From the IMG/VR virus record IMGVR_UViG_2778261056_000004, positions 1 through 42,285 of that record: 42,285 nucleotides of DNA. One strand, given 5' to 3'. Of this stretch, positions 27,307-35,763 are shown in pieces (the stretch's first letter is position 1; the number at the start of each line of letters is the position of its first letter). The notes beneath the pieces were generated by a model that was not told where the DNA came from, did no database searches, and saw only the letters and a program-made list of their open reading frames with translations. The stretch comes from a virus. Lineage: Duplodnaviria; Heunggongvirae; Uroviricota; Caudoviricetes. A program made the position numbers and the translations under genes.

Positions 27307-28082
27307 CAGTAAATCCCTCTTTTTTCATCGCTTTGAAACCAGGATGTAAAAGGGCTGTTCCGATAACTATCATCTGAGAGCAAAACCAACAGTTCCATGT
27401 TCATTTCAGCTAAAACCTGCGGATCAGCAGTTTGGGCTCTAACGATGAATGCATTGTCATCATCTCCACCAAGATAATAGCTAACACTTGAACAGTTAAT
27501 ACCGCGCTTGTTCGCAATCTCTTCAGCTTGATCGCAAAGGGCTTCTAGTTCTCGAGAAGAAAGACGGGTAGCGTTTTTGAAATCAACAATCTGTTCAGCC
27601 ATATAATTTCCCTGATTGATTATATCCTCTCGCTCTTGGCCATCATAAAGAGCAGCCATTTTGAGGGAGAACTTTTTAACCAACTTGTCGTTGCCGATAC
27701 AAAATGCAGCGTTTCTTGCTACAAGCCTCAGTTCATGTGAAGGGAAAAGCTCAACTATTCTAAACAACTCAACGCGATGCTCATAGTTATGAGCCGAACG
27801 AGAAAGATACGCCAAGTAGTTTTGTGCGATCGTTGGACTCCCAGAGCTCATCGCGTCTTTGAATAAACGTACTGCATCAGAGTGACGCCCGAGAGTTCCA
27901 TTAAGCCATGCATACGCATGTGCGCGCTCACTTATTGGAAGTTTAGCAATGTCGCGCTCAATTTCCGCAATAGTGTCTGTATCCGGGACTTCTCCCTTCT
28001 GGAAGTAATCGAGGATTGTTGCAAGCAGTTCTTGTTCTTTTGACTCAGGCTGTCCTGACATAATTTTCCCGAAGAAAACCAA
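27306..28082 (-). CDS. hypothetical alpha-helical protein, 258 aa (start may be the second ATG, MSGQPESK)
   Basis: AT-rich ORF downstream of the putative late promoter/terminator; no family recognised. Confidence 0.4.
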   Translation of the reverse strand: MVFFGKIMSGQPESKEQELLATILDYFQKGEVPDTDTIAEIERDIAKLPISERAHAYAWLNGTLGRHSDAVRLFKDAMSSGSPTIAQNYLAYLSRSAHNYEHRVELFRIVELFPSHELRLVARNAAFCIGNDKLVKKFSLKMAALYDGQEREDIINQGNYMAEQIVDFKNATRLSSRELEALCDQAEEIANKRGINCSSVSYYLGGDDDNAFIVRAQTADPQVLAEMNMELLVLLSDDSYRNSPFTSWFQSDEKRGIY

Positions 28083-28412
28083 ATTCTGTATGTTTTCAAT
28101 AGCTTCACTGGATAGATTTTTATATTGCTGTCATCAGTATTGAAGCTTTTACGGGATTGTACAGGACCATCAGCGTTCTACTTGTGCATAAGAATTTAAT
28201 AAACCTACAGACTTATCCACAGAAAAAAGAGTTATCAACAAAAAAAGTTATTCACAACTTAACTAATAGCAAAATATTGTTGATAAGCTGTGCGTAATTA
28301 TCATATCCATCAAACTTACGCACATTAGAGCCTTGTGTTGCCTATCCATCGTTTTTTCCTATCAAAACGAAACGACATGCTTTTCTGCGATTAAAAAAGT
28401 ATTCCGCAAAAT

Positions 28413-28440
28413 TAAAAAACCCGCTCACTGGCGGGTTTAT
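28413..28440 (-). terminator. rho-independent terminator, candidate tR' downstream of a putative late promoter
   Basis: Minus strand AAACCCGCCAGTGAGCGGGTTTTTTAATTTT, about 45 nt after a -35/-10-like pair TTGCAA-N17-GATATT. Confidence 0.45.
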
Positions 28441-28530
28441 ATACTGTTGGCAACATATCAAATTAGCTTCAAATATCGCTTATTTTGTTGCATTTTGCAA
28501 GCCTGATTGAAGACGTTAGTGAAATTTACT

Positions 28531-29223
28531 TCACATTTCTACCACTTTCACTTCTTCATACTCTTCGTACCGCGCCAGGCTTTCACGTAACGCCAGGCTG
28601 TCCATTTCCACGAAAGCTGCTTTAAATGCTGCCCAGTGAGCAGCGTATACCCTGAGCCAGGTTGAACGCTCCACGCTCACCATGCGGGCCAGTGCCGCCC
28701 CCGCATATTCCTGGTACGTATCGTTATTGCGTGATGCTGCAACTTCCTGGGCCGCGAGCCAGACAAGCCCCACTAATTTTTTTGTGACTCTGTCCTGGAG
28801 CTTCTTACGGCCCTGCTGATGCTGAAACTGTGCCCAAACGTACTGGCACATCAACGTCTGGTACCGGAAAGACAGATCATATCCATAGCAATACCTGACC
28901 CACGCCTGCAGATGCTCTCCAAGGCCATTTACCGAGCGGCGCCACGCAGAACTCGCAAACTCGGCATCCTTCATAGGGGGTAATGGGCGTCGACGGCTTC
29001 TTGTCTCCAGAACATAAAGCGGAGTGGCCAGAGTTTTTACAACCTTCGATCCACAACCTTCCCCACCCTCCATGACGATTTCAGGATGGTGCCGAGGGTA
29101 TTTATTCTTATCTGCTGGTGGATGCTCACTGAACGCCTGCAGCTGTCCTTTTGTCGATCCTGATAAATCCGCCAGCGCGCGGCGCAGTTCAATCCGCGTA
29201 TATTCCAGTTCTTGTAAATTCAT
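28531..29223 (-). CDS. putative late-gene antitermination protein (Q-like)
   Basis: Position immediately upstream of the promoter/terminator pair and late genes; Cys/His-containing 230 aa protein; first ATG at 29223 (track start is TTG). Confidence 0.4.
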   Translation of the reverse strand: MNLQELEYTRIELRRALADLSGSTKGQLQAFSEHPPADKNKYPRHHPEIVMEGGEGCGSKVVKTLATPLYVLETRSRRRPLPPMKDAEFASSAWRRSVNGLGEHLQAWVRYCYGYDLSFRYQTLMCQYVWAQFQHQQGRKKLQDRVTKKLVGLVWLAAQEVAASRNNDTYQEYAGAALARMVSVERSTWLRVYAAHWAAFKAAFVEMDSLALRESLARYEEYEEVKVVEM

Positions 29224-29244
29224 TATGCTCAGCGCTCCATACAA

Positions 29245-30306
29245 TTACGCTTTTGTTATTACGCCGATCGCCAGCGCTCGATTCATAAACCGGAATAGCA
29301 GCTCCAGCTGGGTACCGTGTTTTTTCTCGAACGCTGCAACATCAGCATGTAATTTGTCGTGACACTCTCTGCACAGAGGGATCACAAACAAATCGTGGGC
29401 TTTAGTGGCGGTACCGCCCATGCCGTGACCAATGACATGGTGTGGATCATCCGCTGGCCGCCGGCAACCTTCACAGGGCTGGGTTTTAACCCACCGGGTA
29501 TAGTCCTCATTCACCCACCTGCGGTGTTTTGGGCGCAACATGAAGGATTCAGGGGATTCAGGATCCGCATGCAGAGCCAAAACCTGTGGCTGGTCATAGG
29601 CCACTTCCTGATTTGTTCCATGCTTTAATTGCGCAGCCGTGACCGCAGGGGTGACCTTCTTCTGCAAAATGCTTTTTGCCGGGGGCATCGGCACAATGTC
29701 ACTTTCGCGATAAACGGATAAAAACGGCTCATCCGGTAAGCGAAGCGCATGCTGGGCCATCCTTTCCGTGATTGCATCAGCAATGCCTGAGTAAACGGCC
29801 CACCAGCACAATTCACCGAGGGATAGTTCACGCTCGTTGTTGTAGCCAAGCGAAGACAGGATGGAACTGATCAGCCAGCTAATGAGATTACGGCGGGCCA
29901 GTTCTGCCAGCGCCGCGGTGGTTTGCTCGCGCAGCTGGTTATCGCAATGCCAACAGAGCAACATTGATCCGGGGGGATGTCGCATTGTTACCAGCTCAGG
30001 ATGGTGATAATCAGTGTGCGGGTACTGGCATTCCTTCACGTTACGCTCTAACCAGGATTCCAACCCGGACAAACCGCCTGCTGCACGAATAACTCTCTCG
30101 TCGGTGAAGAATTCCTCGAGGGACTTATCTTCTGCCAGCGGCTGCCTGGCATCAGGGACGAGCCCTGACGGAAGCCCAGCCATGCTTTTTGGCTGAGGCT
30201 CCACCAGCACACGCCCCTGTTGAAACAGAGACATCAGTTCGCTACCCGGCTTTAACACCACAAGCCCCAGGCGCGGAACAGTCTCAGCTGTAAACAGTCC
30301 TCTCAC
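29245..30306 (-). CDS. DUF968-like protein with C-terminal HNH-like Cys/His motif
   Basis: C-terminal CEGCRRPADDPHHVIGHGMGGTATKAHDLFVIPLCRECHDKLH; position typical for lambdoid nin-region genes. Confidence 0.55.
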   Translation of the reverse strand: MRGLFTAETVPRLGLVVLKPGSELMSLFQQGRVLVEPQPKSMAGLPSGLVPDARQPLAEDKSLEEFFTDERVIRAAGGLSGLESWLERNVKECQYPHTDYHHPELVTMRHPPGSMLLCWHCDNQLREQTTAALAELARRNLISWLISSILSSLGYNNERELSLGELCWWAVYSGIADAITERMAQHALRLPDEPFLSVYRESDIVPMPPAKSILQKKVTPAVTAAQLKHGTNQEVAYDQPQVLALHADPESPESFMLRPKHRRWVNEDYTRWVKTQPCEGCRRPADDPHHVIGHGMGGTATKAHDLFVIPLCRECHDKLHADVAAFEKKHGTQLELLFRFMNRALAIGVITKA

Positions 30307-30995
30307 GCGGCATGCCCCTTAGCGATGTGTGCCGTCCAAAGGCCGCCGATCCACTCGATGCCTTTGGGTGTAAAACGTGCCTGGCTAAAGGCGTAGTTTG
30401 TTTCGCTCGTGGTGCCAGTTTTCACTTCAAACCGCCCGGCAGCTATGTGCTGGTGCCGCGGTGTCAGCACTCCACTGAGCCGGTATAAAATGCCGCTCTC
30501 AATGAGGAACAAGCGGAAATCCGTCTCTTTGGCCTGCAACAGCTTTGCCACCTGGCGAAAAGACATTGAGCCTTTAGCAGTACAATACCGATCGACAAAC
30601 TCAACTTTCGGCGCGGCAGCGGCTAACTGCTGGGCCAGTTGTTCTTTCTGCTCGGCCAGATCCGCGGCTAGACGTAATGCCTCCGGCAATGTTTGCGGGA
30701 CACTTACGGCCTGACTGTTCTCCAGCTCTTGCCAGCGATCGACAACAGCGGCGGTAAATTCTGGCGACAGCCTGGCGACGATCACCAGAGAATCACGTTT
30801 GTTGAACCAATACTCCTCGTAGGTTTGCCCGTTTTGAGGGTGTGTGTAGGGGGTGTGCGCCAACGGCGCGGTTAAAATACCAGCAGATGCAAGGCGCTCA
30901 GCTGAGCGCTTCACATCACCATGTTTGCTCTGCACCAGCCTGGCAATTTCACGGCTGGACATTGTCACAACACCCTTTGCGGTTAACTGATTCAT
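30303..30995 (-). CDS. phage antirepressor, Rha-like N-terminus with KilA-C-like C-terminus
   Basis: MSSREIARLVQSKHGDVKRSAERL resembles Rha family N-terminal region; RBS GGAGAA 5 nt before ATG at 30995. Confidence 0.6.
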   Translation of the reverse strand: MNQLTAKGVVTMSSREIARLVQSKHGDVKRSAERLASAGILTAPLAHTPYTHPQNGQTYEEYWFNKRDSLVIVARLSPEFTAAVVDRWQELENSQAVSVPQTLPEALRLAADLAEQKEQLAQQLAAAAPKVEFVDRYCTAKGSMSFRQVAKLLQAKETDFRLFLIESGILYRLSGVLTPRHQHIAAGRFEVKTGTTSETNYAFSQARFTPKGIEWIGGLWTAHIAKGHAA

Positions 30996-31098
30996 GCTAT
31001 TTCTCCATATCAGGCGGCTGCACCCGCCTTTTGATTTGCACATAATTCAGAAAGATTTGCCTCTACCAGCGCCACCAGCATAGTTATCAACGATAATT

Positions 31099-32433
31099 TC
31101 ACGCATTGACGGCCCCCAGCATGCTGTTGAAGAGACCACCAGCGGTCGTGATAATTTCACTCGTCGGCATACGTTCGAGCCACAGCTGGTTGATATTGGC
31201 TTTCAGCTTGTTCTGTTGTGAAACAGGTAGAGCGTCAGCCCCTTCAATCTGGTTAAACACCAGGCCAACCTCAAGAGGCCAAACGCGCGATTCGTTTAAC
31301 GCCTTGTCCTTTGATTCCTGCGTCTCACGGACATGGGCGCGGATCCCCCGAATATTTGACCATTTGGCTTTATCCAGGCTTTCCATGGTCGCGATGAATT
31401 CACTGTGGTTAATGCCGTATTCTTTCGCAGACTCAACGGCAACCGTGCGTAACCGCTCTGACATGTCTTGTTTCACGTCATCGCTATCAAAGGGCAATGT
31501 TTCCAGCCATGCATTAACACCCACCAGGATGCTCTCGCTGATCAGCTTTTTCGCTCTGTCGATCGTCAGCGGTGAAACATTGGTAAATTCAGGGTTCTCC
31601 AAAGAGTCGGCAGCCCAGGTATGACCAAACTTTGACTCGCTGAAGGTGTACTCATCTTTCTCGCCGAACGCCGCGACAACACAGGCCCAAGCCTCTACAC
31701 CACTGGTATCCAGAATGGCTTTTTGGGTTAATGGCAGTTCTGCCTCTGATTTCTCCGGCACTACCTCAGCGTCCAGCTCCGGCGCCGCATCAGTTTGCTT
31801 TCTTCCCACTGCAAACTGGGCCAGCGACATCGAAGCACGGCCTTTGGCCTCCAGGTCGGTGCGGTTGATGTAACTGAAACGTTCACCCCGCCATGTTTTG
31901 TCGAAGACCACGATAGCGCCAGCAAAAAATGCGCTGGTGGGTTGCTGCTTTTCGTCTTTCGGCACGAACCATGTAGGAAGATCGAAACCAATTCGGCCAC
32001 GGATGAATGTGACGTGATCTGCTTCTTCCGGCCACCACGTCTCACTCGTCGCAGACTTAATGAGAAAAACGTACCGACCACCCTTTTCTCGCATTGCCAT
32101 AGCGTGGTTAATGATGTGGGTCATTCCGGTAACGGCCTGCTTGTCGTGGTACTGAGAGCGGCTGTAAGGCGGGTTGCCAAACCCGGCACCACCGAGCTCT
32201 GCCAGACGCTCTGACCAATCCTGCGTCAGGGCATTATCTTCAGCCGTGTACCATGCTGGGCACTTCGCGTTACTGTCGTCGGCAAAAAGGTCCAACACCA
32301 GAGGGCCGAACATCGCATTGATACCCCAAAACAACAGATCCGGAGTACGCCATTGATCGCCGACCTCTTTCAACTCGTGGGCTGGTCTTGAACGCAGTTC
32401 AGCCAACGCCCGGCAGTATTTATTTTCATTCAT
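31099..32433 (-). CDS. phage Dam-like N6-adenine DNA methyltransferase with long C-terminal extension of unknown function
   Basis: GFGNPPYSR motif in an N-terminal domain of about 200 aa; further 240 aa without recognised motifs; start overlaps O-like stop. Confidence 0.7.
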   Translation of the reverse strand: MNENKYCRALAELRSRPAHELKEVGDQWRTPDLLFWGINAMFGPLVLDLFADDSNAKCPAWYTAEDNALTQDWSERLAELGGAGFGNPPYSRSQYHDKQAVTGMTHIINHAMAMREKGGRYVFLIKSATSETWWPEEADHVTFIRGRIGFDLPTWFVPKDEKQQPTSAFFAGAIVVFDKTWRGERFSYINRTDLEAKGRASMSLAQFAVGRKQTDAAPELDAEVVPEKSEAELPLTQKAILDTSGVEAWACVVAAFGEKDEYTFSESKFGHTWAADSLENPEFTNVSPLTIDRAKKLISESILVGVNAWLETLPFDSDDVKQDMSERLRTVAVESAKEYGINHSEFIATMESLDKAKWSNIRGIRAHVRETQESKDKALNESRVWPLEVGLVFNQIEGADALPVSQQNKLKANINQLWLERMPTSEIITTAGGLFNSMLGAVNA

Positions 32434-33284
32434 CCTCTGAACCCCTCTGGAATCTTGGTATCAACCGGACCGAACTTCATCGGATCGTGTTTCTTTTCAC
32501 CCCAGCTTTCACGCGGTGGACGCCCCTTCTTGTCCCAACGGATCCCGCTTTGCAGATAACCCTCAAACTTTTTCGGGCCAAATAGCGTTTCAGGGCGCAT
32601 GTACTGGTACTGCACGTCATTGCCGTTCCAGTGCTCATGCTTAAGGTCAATCACCAGCTGTAACTCGCCAACGGTGTAACCTTCACGCAAACGAGCACGG
32701 ATGTTTTCCAGAGAAGTTTTTGATTTTTGGTATCGTGAGCCGCTAACCAGGTTCAGATGATTCAGAACCAGGATGGCGTTATCGGTGATCGTCACTTCAA
32801 GGTCTGGTTGCTGCGCAACCGGACAAGAAGGTTTTTTAACTGATGGATCAGTAGTTGTATTTACTGACGGATCCCCCCCAGATTCTGACGGGTGAAAACT
32901 GCCTTTCTCATCGTTTTTTGATGCCTCAGATTTTGACGCGTCGGTTTTTGAGGCATCAGATTTTGATGCGTCAGAATCTGACAGGTGAGAAAAGGCAGCA
33001 GCCTGCAATTTCGCAACATTGAGCTGGTAAACGTTCGATGCATTTCGGTTGCCTTTACGGCGCTGCTGGCGGGTTAACCAACCATCTTTTTCCAGCTGAG
33101 ATATGGCTGTGCGAACCGTGCTCTCACCAGCACCAATCTGGCGCGCGATGGTAGCGATGGAAGGCCAGCTAACCCCTTCATCACTGCTGAAGTCTGCCAG
33201 ACGCGCCATGATGGCAACGCTGGATAGCTTCATGCCAGAAGCGGCACAAGCATCCCAAACGTAACCCGTTAATTTAGTGCTCAT
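32430..33284 (-). CDS. replication initiation protein (O-like; N-terminal HTH, conserved phage C-terminal domain)
   Basis: N-terminal YVWDA...SWPSIATIARQIGAGESTVRTAISQLEKDGWL winged-helix pattern; central acidic DASK repeats; C-terminal LNHLN...YMRPETLFG; RBS AAAGGA. Confidence 0.6.
   Translation of the reverse strand: MSTKLTGYVWDACAASGMKLSSVAIMARLADFSSDEGVSWPSIATIARQIGAGESTVRTAISQLEKDGWLTRQQRRKGNRNASNVYQLNVAKLQAAAFSHLSDSDASKSDASKTDASKSEASKNDEKGSFHPSESGGDPSVNTTTDPSVKKPSCPVAQQPDLEVTITDNAILVLNHLNLVSGSRYQKSKTSLENIRARLREGYTVGELQLVIDLKHEHWNGNDVQYQYMRPETLFGPKKFEGYLQSGIRWDKKGRPPRESWGEKKHDPMKFGPVDTKIPEGFRG
32880..32990. repeat. tandem about 15-bp iteron-like repeats inside the replication initiator gene (candidate origin)
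   Basis: About five imperfect copies of TCAGATTTTGACGCG (plus strand), encoding SDASK repeats; lambda ori iterons also lie within O. Confidence 0.45.
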
Positions 33285-33293
33285 GGTCGTCCT

Positions 33294-33620
33294 TTAACTC
33301 TGTAAACTTGCGCTTGAATTGTTCGAGCGGGCTGAAACATTCGTGGTCATATCCATCCCGCAGGTAGATAACTCGTTGAGTCTCTGGTTCCCACCTGATA
33401 ACCCGAACGGGGATCCCTCTGTGGTCTTTGAACCTTCGGTTAACTTCGCGCATAAGCGTTTCGCCTTCCTGTAGTAAACCCCCACAATTGCGACCGCCCG
33501 ACTGTGGTTACATGGCACCCAGCGGTTTGCTATTCTGCGTTCATACCGAAACAACGGAGCGCCCGGTACCGGGATCATCCTGAGTTGCGGTAAACGGTTA
33601 AAAGCCGTTAAACTGGTCAT
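33294..33620 (-). CDS. questionable small ORF between the CII-like and O-like genes
   Basis: ATG at 33620 with GGAGAA 9 nt upstream; low-complexity Arg/Ser-rich product; could be non-coding. Confidence 0.2.
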   Translation of the reverse strand: MTSLTAFNRLPQLRMIPVPGAPLFRYERRIANRWVPCNHSRAVAIVGVYYRKAKRLCAKLTEGSKTTEGSPFGLSGGNQRLNELSTCGMDMTTNVSARSNNSSASLQS

Positions 33621-33625
33621 GCGGA

Positions 33626-34231
33626 TTACTTCTCCATACAAGATTTGTCTGCCACGACGCCCGGAGCTGCACACTCGCGGGCGTCACCTTTTTCCGGCGC
33701 ACAAAACACACGGAAAAGCAGCGTCAAATGTTCCTGCCACTTAGCCATCACCTGATAGCTGTTCTCTTCGATCTGGGCGCGTTCCTGAGCATCAATAACG
33801 CCGTCAGCGGTAGCTTTACGAACGTATTGCGAATGCCTGCCGATCCACTCAACTGACTCCATGAGACGCTGGTTGATATCGCCGTTCTCAATATCTTCAA
33901 CATCAGCCAATGGCACAAACACACCGTTCGAGTGACGTGCAATAGCATTCGCTATGTGGTTTGAACCACCAGCACGCTGAAGCACCATCGCCCAACCGAG
34001 CGGGAAGATCTGATCACCATCGGTACGCAGCCGGTTAAACAGCGCGTTCTCGGTCACACCCAACCACTCAGCAGCTTCGGAATACCCGCCAGGAAGCTCG
34101 GTGATCGTTTTTTTGATTGCGGCCACCAGCCAGGCTGGCTGCTTATCTACTTTCCATTCAGGTTCTATACCCACGGCTAGGTCCTCCCTTCTGTGGTTAT
34201 TTCTGATCGTTAGGCGCTGTATTCTTGCCAT
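33626..34231 (-). CDS. CII/YdaT-like HTH regulator (start uncertain, 34258 or 34231)
   Basis: Internal HTH-like segment ELPGGYSEAAEWLGVTENALFNRLR; position directly downstream of the Cro-like gene. Confidence 0.35.
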   Translation of the reverse strand: MARIQRLTIRNNHRREDLAVGIEPEWKVDKQPAWLVAAIKKTITELPGGYSEAAEWLGVTENALFNRLRTDGDQIFPLGWAMVLQRAGGSNHIANAIARHSNGVFVPLADVEDIENGDINQRLMESVEWIGRHSQYVRKATADGVIDAQERAQIEENSYQVMAKWQEHLTLLFRVFCAPEKGDARECAAPGVVADKSCMEK

Positions 34232-34412
34232 AACGTTCTGGGTTGAATTCCAGTTCACCAGCAGTTCGATACGCAGCTTCAGCAGCTCGTCCTTTAGGGA
34301 TTAAGCGTCCGGGGCGATTACGCCACTGGTAAACGGCCTCACTGGTGATGCCAAAAAATTCGGCAACTTTCTCAGTGCTGCCGAAATGTTGTTCAATCTC
34401 GTCGGTTGTCAT
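34197..34412 (-). CDS. Cro-like HTH repressor
   Basis: 71 aa, HTH EKVAEFFGITSEAVYQWRN; strong RBS TAAGGAGG; divergent from cI. Confidence 0.65.
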   Translation of the reverse strand: MTTDEIEQHFGSTEKVAEFFGITSEAVYQWRNRPGRLIPKGRAAEAAYRTAGELEFNPERYGKNTAPNDQK

Positions 34413-34420
34413 GAAGCCTC

Positions 34421-34505
34421 CTTAGCTAAGTTTGGTTAGATATTAATAACCAATCTAACTTTGGTCAATAAAAACTAAGATTACTTAGTCTTTTTTAAAT
34501 TTGGT
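34421..34505. promoter_or_regulatory. OR-like operator/promoter region between cro-like and cI
   Basis: Palindromes CTTAGCTAAG, CTAAGTTTGGTTAG, ACTAAGATTACTTAGT sharing half-site CTAAG/CTTAG. Confidence 0.45.
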
Positions 34506-34511
34506 GCTTTC

Positions 34512-35138
34512 ATGGAAACAGTTGGTCAGCGCATTAAAGCCCTACGCAGGGTTACAAAAACCTCTCAAAAAGAACTGGGTAAGTTCTGCGGAGTGAGTGA
34601 CGTAGCGGTGGGTTATTGGGAAAAGGATGTGAATATCCCAAACGGAGAATCGCTGGTTAAGCTGGCTAAATTCTTCAATACATCAATAGATTACATTCTT
34701 TACGGCACTGAATTTGAAGGGACCCTCATAACTAAAATGAGGCGTGTGCCCGTGATTTCTTGGGTTCAAGCTGGGCAGTTTACGGAATGTAAGGCCGCTG
34801 ATTTATTCAGTGATGTCGATAAATGGGTTGAAACCTCACTACGTATTGGGGATAGCTCGTTCGCTTTAGAGGTCAAAGGGGATTCAATGACCAATCCAAA
34901 TGGCCTCCCAACAATTCCTGAAGGGGCAACCGTTATTGTCGATCCAGATGCCGAACCCCTTCATGGCAAGATTGTTGTTGCGCGTATTGATGGCACTAAC
35001 GAAGCGACTGTTAAAAAACTGGTCATTGATGGCCCACAAAAATTTTTAGTCCCACTAAATCCTCGCTACCCCAACATCCCGATCAATGGTAACTGCCTCA
35101 TTATTGGAGTAGTTAAAGGCGTTCAATACGAACTCTAA
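34512..35138 (+). CDS. CI-like prophage repressor, LexA-like (HTH plus peptidase S24 autocleavage domain)
   Basis: N-terminal HTH QKELGKFCGVSDVAVGYWE; Ala-Gly site (QAGQF), GDSM Ser and VKKL Lys as in LexA/lambda CI. Confidence 0.85.
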   Translation: METVGQRIKALRRVTKTSQKELGKFCGVSDVAVGYWEKDVNIPNGESLVKLAKFFNTSIDYILYGTEFEGTLITKMRRVPVISWVQAGQFTECKAADLFSDVDKWVETSLRIGDSSFALEVKGDSMTNPNGLPTIPEGATVIVDPDAEPLHGKIVVARIDGTNEATVKKLVIDGPQKFLVPLNPRYPNIPINGNCLIIGVVKGVQYEL

Positions 35139-35159
35139 TCCCTTTCCGCTCTTCCTCTA

Positions 35160-35215
35160 AGCATCAAGCTAAGTTTAGTTTGATGTTTCGCTTGACCAAC
35201 AAACTAAGTTAAGTT
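35160..35215. promoter_or_regulatory. OL-like operator cluster downstream of cI
   Basis: Same CTAAG-containing motifs: AAGCTAAGTTTAGTTTG and AAACTAAGTTAAGTTAG. Confidence 0.35.
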
Positions 35216-35571
35216 AGATTTTTTCTGTCGACACCAAACCACCGCGCCTGATGTGGTTAAAAGCAGGCCAAAGCAATAAGAAGTGATCCCTGTTCTGGCT
35301 GCTCACTTTCCCCTGAGGGTGACAGCCAGCTTTTTAAGGGCACAACGTGAAAGCGCACTCCTTCTCTCTTTCACTGCGGGGGCAGGTTTGTTACCGAAGT
35401 AGTGCGCTTCCAGTTGTGGTAATGCGGCTCTGCGCACGTGACGAGGCCAACAAGTTTTTATTTCAACATTTGAAATGAATACGTTTCTTGAGGTGTAGCG
35501 TCGCCGGTTCTGGCCGGTCCGGCAGGTGGAGGCACCACCGCCACAACAAAATCATTGCTGTGTGTAGTCTT

Positions 35572-35600
35572 TGCCCATCACATCGATGGGCACCTTTTTT
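35572..35600 (+). terminator. rho-independent terminator in the early-left leader
   Basis: GCCCATCACATCGATGGGC hairpin followed by ACCTTTTTTA. Confidence 0.4.
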
Positions 35601-35763
35601 ACACAAGAGACAAGGGCATCACCGGGCGACGGGCTCATTCCCCAATCCACCCGGGCGCTATGGAAATGGACCTCCTACCCATAGCCGAAGCGCAGGTGCC
35701 CTTTTCTGTTGTGTATGGAGAAGTTCCACTGGCGGTGGCAGCCGCCTCACAGAGGGTTAAACC

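Noticed and set aside
32880-32990. Short tandem repeats considered as a CRISPR array
   Set aside because: Repeats are about 15 bp, contiguous with no spacers, and lie inside a coding sequence; consistent with iterons instead.
35488-35760. TTG-start Arg-rich ORF considered as an N-like antiterminator
   Set aside because: Low-complexity sequence, non-ATG start, no RBS, and a terminator hairpin lies within it; treated as non-coding leader.
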